DNA of 64,000 nucleotides. Source: Callorhinchus milii. Taxonomy: Eukaryota. Location of the stretch: assembly GCF_018977255.1 (NCBI RefSeq), contig NW_024704742.1:77378001-77442000 (forward strand), read 5' to 3'. Made by a program: the position numbers and the translations under genes. Shown piece by piece: positions 1 through 12,900 of this stretch. The stretch's first letter is position 1, and the number at the start of each line of letters is the position of its first letter. The notes below the pieces were generated by a model. That model ran no database searches. It was not told the DNA's origin and worked only from the letters and a program-made list of their open reading frames with translations.

Positions 1-3000
1 AACTGCTTTACAGTATAGAAAATTGATGAATAGCATATGGACATTAAAGTGCCTGACAGTTGTACTGTATTCAAAATTGCAAGACCCAGTGGTTAGAGGG
101 CAACATTTCAGTGGCATATTTATTCTATTCAAAACCTCAGTCATGAGTTTGCCAAGTTCCTATTAACCCTTTGAAGGCTGAAATTACTTTGCGGGGGTAA
201 GCCACATTGGCAGAGAGACTGAAATAGTAATCTGCCACTTTGTCTCAGTGGGATTTGCACCACACACACAAACACACTTATACACTCACTCTTCTGGGCT
301 AACAGACATGGCACATAATAGCCAACAGTGTCATGAAGTTTATCCACAGCCCATGTAGAATAAATGCAGATAACCGACAGCCTTTTCTTAATTTGCAATA
401 TTCATTTAAATAAACTCCGTAAGATTTAAAGTGTTCGTCTCCTCTGCTTGGTAAAATTGGCAACTGGGTATTACTTGCTGTTTATCAGTAAACTTATTGA
501 CCACAGTAGTGTGTGCTTAACATGGGAAATCCCATTGTAATCACAGTGTCAAAATCGATCAATTTATTAACCAGTGGCAAATAAATCCCAATATTGGCAC
601 TGGAGTCTTAAAAGGACTGATAGGTTTAGTTCTTTAGGAATTATTGGTGCTGAATATGTTGTATTTCCCAAATGTATTTAAAACTGAAAACTTTTTAAAA
701 AATTGTCCCATAAGATTATGTTAGAGAACATAATTTAATGGTCTTTTTGCTGAAGGTACTTCATGTGTTTTTAGCAATCGACCTGACCTGAATGGATTTT
801 ACTATTAGGTGTATGTGTCGTGATTCTTGAAATAAGGACATATTTTGTTTTTCTAGTAGACAATGCCCTGGGCATTTATTTACCAATTAAATAGTGACCT
901 AGTCATGCAAGTATGCTGCAATGCGATTCTTTTCACAATACAGTAATTTAGAAAGATCACAATTGTATATCATGATGACAAGATTAATGGAATTTAATAC
1001 TGAGTTTAAAGAAAAAGTTCCCACAGTCCAGTTCTCCCACTCTCTCTTGTTTAATAATAGGGTTCACATTTCTCAATACTGTATATTGGAGATCTCTATT
1101 TAAGCATGTCACAGTCTTAGACAATGATGATTAATATATACCATTCCTCCCTCCCTTGCTCTCTCTCTCTCTGACACCGCATTCTCCTGTTACCAGACCA
1201 CCTTGGTTCTCTCAACACACAGTTCCATGTAACCACAATGTTATCAACTAAACCTCACAATGGATGAGAATGATGCTTCTGCAAATGCTGTGTTAACAAA
1301 TGGCCAAACCATAAATGTAAGGCTAGTTAGTCATTCCATAAACCAATAACACTGTTTTAAAAGCAATATACAGTATTGTTTACAGGTCCGTCCACATTTT
1401 TGACGTGTCTTCCTCATGTATAATTCTTGGAAGACTCCTTCCTTGATGTCTGTTACCAAGCCTGAAATTCCATCTCATCTTAGCCTCAATACCATTGTAT
1501 CTGAAATTAATGTGGAGCAGATTTGTAGAAAATTCTTAATTTGGAAGCCGTTGCTTTTTAATTTCTTTCAAATTAAGATCAAATTTAAGAATTTTCCACA
1601 GTTCTCCAGGTTCTTAAACTTCAAATCAAAAGCTAAGAGAGGCTATAACTAGGAGGAATTTCAGGCCTTGACTTGGCTTTCAGCCCCTTTCCTCGCTGTA
1701 GAATCCAGCTCCAGTTTCTGAGGGGGACGGATACTGAGCGTAGCGCGAAGCAAGGGCGACTCATCCATTGCTGAGATCTGCCGACATTCCACTCTTGTTT
1801 ATGCACATCTATATTTTCACTAAAAATAGTGAACCCAGGAATGTCAGGCCCCTGCAGTCATTTTGTTCAGAGCATGGGAAAGTGCCAGAGGCAGTACAGC
1901 TCTGGTGTATTTGCATACCAAGCACAGTTTCATATGACCGAGAGGATTTCAATTCTTCAATTTGCATTTGTTCCATATTCCGAAGTTCTTTTTAACCCTC
2001 GGCGCACCTCTGCCTAGCATTAAAGATCCTTGCAGTCAAATGGCCCATTGCAGTCCCTAGGTTGGGAAGCCATGAAGACAAAATTAACATTGGGATCGAG
2101 TGGCAGTTCTAGCATTTGTTGTAAGTACTGTATATTCTTACAGATGTACAATTATTCAGTGCTGTTAGAGAATTTCAGCAACAAGAGGCTGAAAGAGTAA
2201 AGCAGTGTTGACTGAAGAGCACATGTTCTCGAACGTAGTCTGATTTTATAGATCAGAATAGAATCATAGAAATCAAAGCTTCAGAGAAGAATATCCATTG
2301 AACAGCACTGGTGTCAGCTGCTCCATTCAAGGTAACTGTTCTAAACCTTGTTCCTCCCTGTCCATGCCTGTATGTCGTTCCCTTTTAAATGTTATCCTCT
2401 CACCTTCAGCAACTACTCAACAGTCTTGCTGGAGCTGTTCCTTTTTTAATCTACAGAAAAAAAACTAAAAGAGAAAATGCCCTATGTTGAATGTTAAGTC
2501 AGATAAATCAGAGTTCCACAAGTGTATGCCACCTATACATGGAAAATTGCTGTGTCTGGAATGGTACGCACATTCTCTCACCAGAAGCACGCAATCAGGT
2601 CAGGTATAGAAAGCCCTTATACTTTGTCCCATAATTATTTCCCTGTGCTGATTTCCCCAAGAAGTTGAATGGAAAGTACTAAATAGGCAAGGAGGCTCAG
2701 TGGAACATTTCACCTAGAAATGGTTGCAGTGAAAGCACTGGGACAATTCAAGTAGAATCCCCAACTTCTCTATCATGAATTGACAAGATAACACTTGTTA
2801 CAGCTTTTCTCACAGCAAGTTCCTGCTCTCACCCATACCAAGGAGAGGGGGAGTGGAAGGGAAAGTCACCCTGGGCTGTGTTACCTCTTAATTCAATAAT
2901 TACCTTGACAAAAGCCTAGGGACAGGACACTCACAGACTGCAACAAAGGTGATGCAAGAGGACCAAAAAGCTGGATAAAAGGTGACAAAAAGTTTTGAAA

Positions 3001-4010
3001 ACTTAGCAAACTGCATGGTTGAAACGCCAAGAGTACTGGTGCATTAAAAAGGAGCTAATCACCAACAGATTATGCAGGAGCTCTGTGTTTGAGAACTTAA
3101 ACTTGTGAAGTACATGTCATGCAAAACAGAGTTTACAAGTCTCTGGACTGGTAAGAGGGACCATAAAGTCAATGTGCAATTTAGGTTTAATGGGCCGAAT
3201 GGCCTCCTCCAATACTACGCAATCCACAGTAAATCCTGTGAAGCACTTTGATGTGTTTTGGCCATCTGATAAGGCACTAAATCAAATTCAAGGATTATTA
3301 TTGTATTATTGTTATTGTAATTCTGATTATATTCAAGGTCACATTATATCAGCGCAGCTTTTGCAGCAGAGATGCTTATTTGCCTAACAGCCTATGTGAC
3401 ATGAGAGAAACAGGTTTTTTCGGTTTCAAGAATTGTACTTTGCGACTTCTCATTATTTGTAACACCTGCTGAAGTGGGTCAGATTGTGAAGTTCCTGGAA
3501 GAAAAGTGGTGGAGGGGGGATCGAAGCTTTCAAACAGATTCAAAGTGTTTCCTCATTGGTTCAGGTTTGTTCGCCTTCCAGAAGTGAAGTCATGCAGATA
3601 AACCACAAACAACATCTGACTTGCCAATTGATTTTTTTTAAACAACTGTGACTCATTGCAAAGTTCAACACGGACTGTTGTTTACTTTAACTCCCTGCCC
3701 GATTCATTCAGCCTTATCTTGGCTGCCTGTTGCTTGGAAAGTGATTATGATATGTCCAAATGATGCTTGCTGATGACTAATTCTAAACGTTTACCAGCAG
3801 AGTGGTCCCCAGATTTTCTCGATACTTCAGCCTAATCAGAGTAGCCCTGACAAACTCTGGCCTACCTAAATTGTGTCTGTCACCTGCCAACAGACAGCCA
3901 GTTTGCATAGTGCGAGGTGACCAGTGAGGTGGACCATTGAACTCTCTGAGCTTTGTTTAGTCTTGTGACTGAGCCCATAAGTTTGCAGATGCAAGGTCTT
4001 CAGAGTTACA

Positions 4011-4225
4011 TGTCAGCCTGGCTTAGTTGGCAACAAGCTCATTTCAGTCTGGGTCAGAAGGTTCTAGGTTCAAACCCCACATTCTCACAGCACAGTGCAG
4101 GCTGACACTAGCTATGGGGGAGTGCTGCATTGTTGGAAGTACTGTCCTTCAGATAAGACTTTTAAGTTGAGGTCCCATCTGCCTGTTCAGGGTGGATATT
4201 AAAAATCATCAGTGCGATTCAAAAC
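4011..4225 (+). mobile_element. Old DeuSINE (SacSINE1/AmnSINE-like) 5' part
   Basis: GTCAGCCTGGCTTAGTTGG...CAGAAGGTTCTAGGTTCAAACCCCAC...GTCCTTCAGATAAGAC...CCTGTTCAGGGTGGATATTAAA. Confidence 0.7.
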
Positions 4226-4370
4226 TCCTTGAGGAGGGGGTGGAGAGGTAAAAAGGGTGTCTATGGAGCTGAACTGGCTCAAAGGTGACATGTTTGGTAA
4301 CGGAATTTTGGAATCCAGCCAGCCCTCTGTAGCGGGCTTGGTAGTCCAGTTTGTGAACCAGGCAGGTCGG

Positions 4371-4909
4371 CAGTACCCCAGAGCACTGCTGATAACAAAC
4401 TAGTCAGCCCGGTTCATCGGCAGGACTTGGAAGGCTACACCAGTCACTAGCGGCATGGATTCTTCCCACTCAGCTCCCATTAACCCTGCAAACCAAATCC
4501 TCAACAGCTGGTCAAGCAGCAGGAAACCTTGTCAGACATTGATATCAATGGCAAGCTATGTGGTTTTAGCTGATCAGACTCCAGCAGTACCCCCAACGCA
4601 CACTCTGGGGTCTCCAAACCTTGGCTCTTACCAACCTGCACCTAATATTTTCCGGAATTAGGTAAGTAGGTGAACCTCCAGGAAGAAAAATTGCATTACA
4701 TTCCAATAAATAAAGCAAATTTCCATGTGTAGGATGTAGCTGAGTGGGAAGAGTCGATGCCACTAGTGATTGGTCTGCCCTTCCAAGACCTGCCGATGAA
4801 CCGGGCTGACTAGTTTGTCATCAGCAGTGCTCTGGGGTACTGTTTGGCTATTCTTATGCATGTTGGTGGGTTTTTGCATGTATCAGACATGCAGCTGATT
4901 AAAAAAAAA
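4371..4909. repeat. Unclassified element: 105-bp inverted repeats (4371-4475 / 4738-4842) around a core shared with 23599-23853
   Basis: Direct comparison gives about 9 mismatches in 105 bp between the arms. Confidence 0.85.
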
Positions 4910-4992
4910 TTCAATTCGATACACCTTGTGTCCTGACCCATAATCGTTCAGATGCAAAACAACTTGCACTTATATAATACCCTTCACGCAAG

Positions 4993-5337
4993 ATAATAAT
5001 AATAATCCTTGCATTTGATATAGTGCCTTTCATGTCGTCAAGACATTTGAAAGTGCTTCACAGGATATGCTGTTTTGACTGAATTTTGTGAGCGAAAAGC
5101 TGCAGCCAGTTGCGTACAGCAATGTCCTACAAATAGCCATGGAACGAGTACCAATTTTTTTGGAGGTAATTGTTGGCCAGGACACCTGGAGAAACTTCCT
5201 TCTGTTTTTGAATAGTGTGATTTTTAACTTCCACCTGAACTGGCAGACGGGATCTCAGTTTAACAACTCATCTGAAGAACGGCACCCCCTTCCACCCCCC
5301 ACCTCCACCCCACACTGCATTAGAGTGACATCTTAGA
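4993..5337 (-). mobile_element. DeuSINE, antisense (tail plus Deu domain)
   Basis: (AAT)n tail; GGCCAGGACACCTGGAGAAACTTCC...CCACCTGAACTGGCAGACGG...TCATCTGAAG. Confidence 0.75.
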
Positions 5338-7099
5338 TGCTGTGATATGCTTGTGCAACATTGCTGCCATTTTTGCTACAAGAACATTTGGCAGCAATTA
5401 TTATGAAGTACTCTTCAGCTGTTCCAATATGTAATCACGTGTATCTTCTCCCTATCCCATAATGTCTGAATTTCCACCATGACAGCATCTCCAAGTCCCA
5501 GCATGCCCCTATCAATCACCAGGGAGGATCAAACTGGTGAGACATCTCTTCTCAAGTTGTCCATGAAGTCTAAGGCTTCTTGAACAGTTGAGTTGGGGTG
5601 GGAGATTTCTGAAAGCTACGAAACGAGTGAACGCACGAAGGGTGAAATCGATGTCTGTGGAGAAAAGGCACTTCCCTGTCCAGCTTTAGTTTTTCACTTT
5701 GGGTGGCTTTTGAAAATACAAAACAATTTAAATTTATAGCGCCTTTCACAGCTGGAGGACGTCTCAAATAGCACTACCCAGCACTTTTGAAAATATCGCA
5801 AAATTAGACCTTCAGCTTCTTGTGCTGCACCTTCACGGATGAGTGAAAAGTGTCTTGTTCAGTGAATAACAATAGCTTTTGAAAAGGCAACAGAATTCTA
5901 GAATAGAAACTCTGAGTCACTCCAGAGCACTGTAAGTGGGCTGCAGGTTTCCTGTCCGAAATCCCCAAGAGTAATTCTGAGCCTCTATTTGTGAATCCAA
6001 TTGCAAACCGCCGCTCTTTTGACCCCAAGACCTCGCACTGCAGAGCAGAGCACTTTAGCAGCATTCAGGGTCATGGTGTTCTTCACGTTTATCCTTCCAG
6101 GAATTTGATCGCAAACCGTGGGAGACGAGATAAGAGCATTTGGAAAATCTTCGCACCAGTCTAATTGACAGAAGTTGCCAAGATATCACGCAGTCCTGGC
6201 CAATATCTGATCGAGGGTGGTTTAATCGGAATGTGGCTTTTCCCACCTCCATCATTCCAGACATGCTTAGTTTCCAAAAAATAAACTTCCGGTATATCAA
6301 ACTTGTAAATGTTCCATTAGTCAAATTGGTAGCAAATTATCCTATGTTGTGTTTTTTTTTAAATTGATCTCCATTTGGAAAGTTATTGTACGGAAAACTA
6401 ACCATGTTTGCTGTGCGAGAGGGCTGAGGGATTTTACAATTGCAAGAAAACTCTTGGCTGGAAGTGTGAACTCCCTGCTAAGTGAAAACCAGAAGTTGTT
6501 GTGGTCTGGAAACTGGACAGAAAGCCAGAATTCTGGTTTTAAAACATTCCCCAGTCTGGGTGTAACGCAGCTTCGGAGAAAGATAAGAACCCCCTGGAAC
6601 ATATGCTGCTTTCCCCAGAGCGTTGCAGTCCAATAACTTTTTATATATAAAAAAAATCCTAGCCGACTTATTGGTTCTTTCACTATACGAATCATGCACT
6701 CAGTGGCATGAGAGCAGCTTTCTCACTTCCCCGACACTCTTATCTTGTTTGTTTATTATCTGTACTTGAAGATTAATGTTTAATATTCCAGTGCCACATT
6801 TCACAATCTTTTAAAATATAAACAGGCTATGACTTTTTTTCTTCGAAATTTATGGACAGATTATGTTACGCAACACCTTCATTAACCAGTTGCTTGACAT
6901 TTGGGCAAATAATAAGCTTCAGGAAGCTTTTTCGCCTCTGAATTTTCCCATTATTTAAAATAAAAATCACATGGTGTTGACCTTTAAGGAGATAACCATA
7001 CAGTAAAATAGTCTGGAGTCATTTCCAAAGAATAGTCCAAATGTAACTTACCCCATAGAATGTAATACTTTGCTGCAAGTGGCTAATTAAGTTAAGATC

Positions 7100-7280
7100 T
7101 GAAAAACACTGAAAAGGGAACTGGATAATAATATTTGGAGAGATGCAATATAAAATGGAATTAGGAAAGAGCAGGGAGTTAGGATTAGAGTAGTTAGCTC
7201 CAGAGGTGGAGCTGCATCAGCATAGGCTCAATGGGCCAAATGGTCTCAGTCTGTGTTGCTATTTTTATGATACTATGAGA
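7100..7280 (+). mobile_element. CR1 3' UTR fragment
   Basis: AAGGGAACTGGATA...ATGGGCCAAATGGTCT...TATGATACTATGA. Confidence 0.65.
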
Positions 7281-8289
7281 TGATCCCTCTCTCACAACCA
7301 GCTTCCGCACCTACTTGCTCCACGTCACAACTTTTTTCTTCTCTATTCTATCTTTATCGCTACGCTCACTACCCCTCTGAATGTTCTCCTCTTGTACCTC
7401 CCAATATGTCCCAACCTGGACATTCTTTCTCCGCTGTCAATTTAATGAAATCAAATCTCATCACATTACGTCATATTTAAACTCATTCCCTCCCCCAACC
7501 CCCAACACCACAAGACTGCTGTGACTTCCCTTCCTTCTGTCCCTTTATCCTTTTTTCCTACAAACTGCAACTTTTTGAATCTTGAGGTTTGGATTACCTT
7601 ATAGCTACTTCCCAATTTATCTTGCCCTGTTATTTAAAATGCTGAAACGCACATCTAGTGGACTTAGGAGCAACACAAAATAACTTTGGTTTAAAATTAA
7701 CCAGCCTCGAGTGAATTGTTAGTTTAGAAGGATTTTTCCACCACAGAATAATGTATGTGTGGAAAAGGCTCAAAATTTCTCATTTAAACAGCGGAAATCC
7801 CATTATAAACATGTAATGAAAGACTTGAGATAGGCCCCATTGTCTGAACATTGAAAGAGGTGTGCCTGCTATTGCTTCCAGCTCCCTTTCGAATGTTCTC
7901 TGCTATCATTTTAATCCTGTATACATGTAATATACATTTTTATACAAGTAACATACATTTTTCCTTGTGCATAGGATTTTACATTGGTTTGTGTCAAATT
8001 GTACGGTGTCACATTTCTGGCCAACAACCAAACTTAAATTATTTAGCTGCTTTGTCTATCTGTATTTTTGTGTCATCAGCTAATTTGCCAACTTCCAGTT
8101 GGTTTTGGTATCCAGGTTATTTATGTAGATTAGAAACAATAAGAGTCCAAGTACAACATTTCCTCCCTGTTTGACATTACACCTCTTCACAAGCACACTG
8201 TTTCCTGCTTTCTAACCTATTCCTTATCTTGTCCTATCATCCTCTCTGGGTTCCTGTGGCATTTTAGTTTAATTATGTCCAAATAAAAC

Positions 8290-8448
8290 TGGTCACTCAC
8301 TTCATGTCTTTGTGCACAAATTGGCTGCCGTTTTCATCCCCAAAATACACAGAGTGACATAACTTAACAGTATTTCCTGTGAAGCGCTTTGAGACATCGC
8401 AATGACATAGTAAGGCAAACAATTGTTATTATTATTTATATTATTATT
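8290..8448 (+). mobile_element. SINE 3' fragment inserted into a CR1 RT remnant
   Basis: AATTGGCTGCCG...GTGAAGCGCTTTGAGAC...(ATT)-rich tail. Confidence 0.7.
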
Positions 8449-8610
8449 AAATCTTTTGTCTGGTAAATTTCATCACAAGTTTTTTGAAAGTCCATCTGAA
8501 GTATACCATAGGATGTGCTACTGCCTATCTAAACCACTCTCAAATAAGTTAAATAAGTTTATCAGAGATGGTCTTTCCATTGTGAATAATTTCTATTCTT
8601 TATTAAACTC

Positions 8611-8786
8611 AAGTCAAACCTGTCTTCAACAACCTCTCAGGGGTTGAGCCAAAGTGGCCTTTATATAAGGGTGGTCTCTGAGTAAGGGTTCATTAGTATG
8701 CGAACTGTGTGTCTGGGCTGTTCCAGGATGATTGTTAACGGGATTGTTGCTGAATGGAAGTGGTTGCTTGAACAGGTTTGTCTGTA
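8611..8786. mobile_element. Tc1/mariner (Tigger/pogo-like) MITE, about 175 bp
   Basis: Imperfect TIRs AGTCAAACCTGTCTTCAACAACC / GGTTGCTTGAACAGGTTTGTCTG, with TA at the right end. Confidence 0.6.
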
Positions 8787-8962
8787 TTGCGGTACTCCTC
8801 TCGTCTGCCCCACAGAGTTGATTTAATGTTATTGATGTTAGTTAAATAGGCCTGTAAATTGCTTGGGTCAGTTTCCTCACCCAATTTAAGTATAGGTACA
8901 GCACTGGGCTTTCCTCTGATGTTAATAATGTCTTTTTCTCACGCTGATTTTTCAGAAGTTGA

Positions 8963-9140
8963 TTTAATAATACTTGCATTTAATATAGCGCCTTATCACG
9001 TCTTCGAGACATCTCAAAGCTCTTCATGGAATATACTGTAAAGTGAATTGAAAATATATTTTGTGGGCAAAATGCAGCAGCCAGTTGCGCACAGAAGTGT
9101 CCCACAGATAGTCGTGGATTGAGTCACCAAATTATTGTTA
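8963..9140 (-). mobile_element. SINE 3' fragment
   Basis: CTTGCATTTAATATAGCGCC...GCAGCCAGTTGCGCACAG...GTCCCACAGATAGTCG. Confidence 0.8.
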
Positions 9141-9244
9141 TTTTTTATTATTTTTAATCACCAGGATCAGCAACATTCCCACACCCCATGGTCCCTTTCA
9201 GTACCTTGGTACCATCTGGTGTATGACACTTGTTCATCTTAAAT

Positions 9245-9560
9245 AACTTTACTTGCCCATCGCCCCATCCTCACCAGGCTCCACCTTGTCTCCCCCCGCA
9301 TCAACTTCAAGATCCTCACCCTGATCTACAAATCACTTCTTACCTTCTCACCTCTCTACCTCTATAATCTTTTCCAGGCACCATCTTCTGCTTGTCCGCT
9401 ATGCTCATCAGATTTAATGCTCCTTCGCATCCTGCACCCCTCCATTGACGGCTGAGGTTCAGCTGTTATGTTCTCATTCTCTACAGTTCCCTCCCTCCAC
9501 TCTCACCCCACTCTATCTATCTTCCAAGACTGCTTAAAATCTGCCTCTTCAATCAAGCTT
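9245..9560 (+). mobile_element. L2 LINE ORF2 C-terminal fragment
   Basis: Reads PILTRLH..PRINFKILTLIYKSL..PLYL, typical of the L2 3' end. Confidence 0.75.
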
Positions 9561-9608
9561 GTACATTCTGTTCTGAACAGCTACTCTCTCAATGCCTTAA
9601 GTGGTACT

Positions 9609-9990
9609 GTGTCAGCCTTATTCAATTGGTAGCTCTATTGCCTCTGATCAGAAGGTTACAGGTTCATTACACACCCTGGATTTTTGAGCTCATCCAATCT
9701 GGATTGATGCTCCAGTGCAGTAGTGTGCTACATTGTCAGAGATGCCGTCCTTTGGGTGAGATATTAAACTGAGCCTATTCAGGTGGACATTAAAGATCCC
9801 TTGCACTATTCTTAAAAAGAAGGAAGTATTTCCTGGTATCTTCCAGCTGAAGTAAGTCATTCACTTCATCACAGTTTGTGGGACATTGCTGTGTGCAAAT
9901 TGATTGCTGCATTCACCTACAAAATACAATCACTGCACTTTATAGTAAATCCTTTGAAGCACTTTGAGATGTTTTGCAGAGGTGATAAGC
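9609..9990 (+). mobile_element. Old near full-length DeuSINE
   Basis: tRNA-like head; TTCAGGTGGACATTAAAGATCCC Deu core; TTTGTGGGACATTGCTGTG; tail. Confidence 0.75.
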
Positions 9991-12900
9991 AGATATACTG
10001 AACATTTCAACACACTTGAAATGTTCAGTTTAGCACCTTATAGCACTGTGACAGGGAGTTTCTATAAATGAGCAACTGTATTTGTTAATAAACATAGCTT
10101 AATTGTTGGCATCAATTGTTCAAACACCCTTGAAGCGAACGATCAATGTATCCGGAAGATAATGCTGGTCCTGACAAGAAAACGTTAGATATCGAAATTC
10201 CACCTAGTTTTAGCCTGTAAGACCATTTTGTCTTAAAATGTAACAATGTGCAGAATTGTTGAAAAATCTTAAATCCAGTGTTTATTTTTGGATATTGTTC
10301 TTTAAAAAGAAACAGAAAGGTCATTTGCAAATTCAGACAAAACCTAACTATTTTTCACAGTACTTTTAAATGTTAACACAAAATGGTCAGAAAAGCCAAG
10401 GCTTGTTGGCATTTCAGGCCTTGGACGTGGGTTGGTGACTAAACACCCAGCCAGGGAGGGAGACTGCTGAGTAAAATATACTGAGACTGTTTCTAAGAAC
10501 AGTCTTGATTGACGATGAGACTTCCTGATACATGTTGCTTCCTTCTAACATATCACATCCGAGGATGAGTAAAAGATTTATACTTATGAACCCTCAGGTT
10601 ATTGTCTTGCTTAAGAATTATGGTATACTTGCCAGCAATATTCCACAGTACAGCATTGCCCATCTTATTCATATGTGCTTGCTATAATAACAGTTCTGAA
10701 CAATTAGATTGGATGTCAACTCATTGTGTGACTATCCGGTGCCAAAATTGTGATCCTTCTGTTGAAGCCAAAACCAGAGTTGAACTGCACACGTTAAAGA
10801 ACAAATCCAGTTTACCCTTTACCAAGTTGGACAGAAGCCATTGTTGAACTGCATGCAAACGTAACTTGCTGCCAGGTTACTCTTGCTTTGCCGTGTCCAG
10901 GAGCAGCATTTTCTGGCCTCAGTTTTGATTAGTTTAGTAAGTAAAAGAATGAAATGAGTAATGTGTTATATTGGAGTTCCCTTGCTTTAACCACGTTGCA
11001 ATGGGAAGCAACAAGGAAATTATTATCAGTGCTCAAACTTCATCTCAAGCAGAAGCTGACAAACAATCTCTCTGTGATTTCCTTTTCCATACAGCAAGAT
11101 GACAATTTGTAAAATTTCTATGCAACTGAATATGGAAAGAGAGGTTTCACATGCTGCAGCATTGCGGTTGTTGTGCTCTATAACACGTGGCCTGGATGTA
11201 ATTGGAAGAATGCTCGCATTTATTGACGTATTGAGTAAAACAGAAGCAGACTAGTAATCTGAAGTTATCGTAATGGAGGGCTGATTTGGGATTTAATGAA
11301 AATGCCTGAATTTAGCCAAATTGGTATTCAAGTGTATGCGGCTGTGTTTGCTGGATTACTGAGGAGTGTCCAAGTGATCAGTAGGTGGTTTACCCTGGTT
11401 GAATGGATGAATGTGTGTGTGTGTAGATTGTGAGTCTGTATCTTCTTGTCTGCTGGTGGATATAGCCTTGTCCTTTGGGGGCTGGCTTAAAGATGACTGC
11501 TTATCCCGGTCATATGACTGCTAGTCTTTTTTGGTTCAAACGTGCAGATGATTCCTCTGTTGGTCTGGGGCTCACACATGATTGTTGTGTCTGCTTCTAA
11601 GTGGTGAGGGGGGTATGTGCACATTCCTAAAATATAGCACTTATCTTGTCACTTTAAGGGCTGCAGGACATATTGAGTTCAGTGAAAGCTTCTGGAGCTG
11701 CTGAATTTGTGAGGTTGGAACTCATGACTAACCGTAGAAGTGCAAGATCAATGGATACAGAGGAGCTCCTGTTGCAGTGCTGACTTTTTCCAGGTCTATG
11801 TGGAGCTATGAGTAGATATTGATTGTGGAGTATAGATCCTATGAGCTTGGCCACCAGGAAGAATGGAGAACTATTACACTGATCTACAGCGGCCTAAAGT
11901 AAACCACCTATTTGTTATTTCTCTTTCTTTCACTGGAAGTTAATCTGAAGCTGATGAATGTTGTCCAGAGATTCTACCTGTTGATTTGCTGGTGACTGTA
12001 CAGTGGCCTGGGACTGCAAGCCTCGGGTTCACAGGTAGGAGGAAATGAACAGACAGAGATGTGCATGCAGCTTAGTCCTTTATACGGAAAGTGCTTCCCT
12101 GGAGCTTTCTCCCCATTTAATATTAACAGATCCGAACATACTTCAGAAATGATGGTGCAGAGGTGGAAAGAACAAGGCTTCAAACAGAGGAGTGTTCAGC
12201 TTTGTAATCTCTCATCACGTCGGGGGGCTAGATCACTTGACCAGTCTGGAACATTAATGTTTCCGCTAAGCATTTAATTGCAGTGAATTCTGAAAACTGA
12301 CAGCAAGTGATTTTTTTTAAAAAGCGCAAAAGTGTACACTTTATTTTGAAAGTGAATGAACGTATAAGACCACAAGAGAGCACAAAGAATGAGAAAAGGT
12401 TCAATTCATTCCAGGATTAAATTGGAACTGCAAAATTAAAATGTTGGGCAAGTTTATGAGTGAGTGCTGGCTGACCGAAAAGTATGCTGCTTCAAACAGC
12501 AGTGCTCTTTGCCTTGTCTCACCGACTGCCTGATGTATGGTACAATAGTTAAACGGAGCCCCCTTTCTCCTCTCCTGCTGTGACTTGGCTCTGTTTCAGG
12601 CTCTTGGCTGTTTGGGTTTGCTCCAAGAATCTAATGCCACATTACTTTAAACATGACTGGATTCAACTGGATTCAACTCCGCGCTCATGAGGAAACGTAC
12701 GAGGAATGCAAAAGATTTGAATTGTAGTAAAGCAAGTCTTTCATCAGGAAAAGTACCTGCATTGTCTTTGTTGCGATAGATTACTTTTTTCCCCCATAAA
12801 TAAACCTTTGGACTCTGGTACATAGTTCAGATTTTTAAATTGGCTCTTCTGTAATTAGCTGCCAATCTGAATCTTCTTAATCAGTTTTGACTAATTTGTT

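Larger units (their letters stand above)
7960..8940 (-). mobile_element. Fragmented, decayed CR1 reverse transcriptase region
   Basis: Minus strand at about 8065-8090 reads KLADDTKI (degenerate F/YADD motif); DFQK-like segment near 8485; interrupted by a SINE and a MITE. Confidence 0.65.

Noticed and set aside
9997..10029. Perfect 14-bp hairpin ACTGAACATTTCAA/TTGAAATGTTCAGT
   Set aside because: Too short for a miRNA precursor; it sits at a SINE end and is probably an insertion or repair scar.
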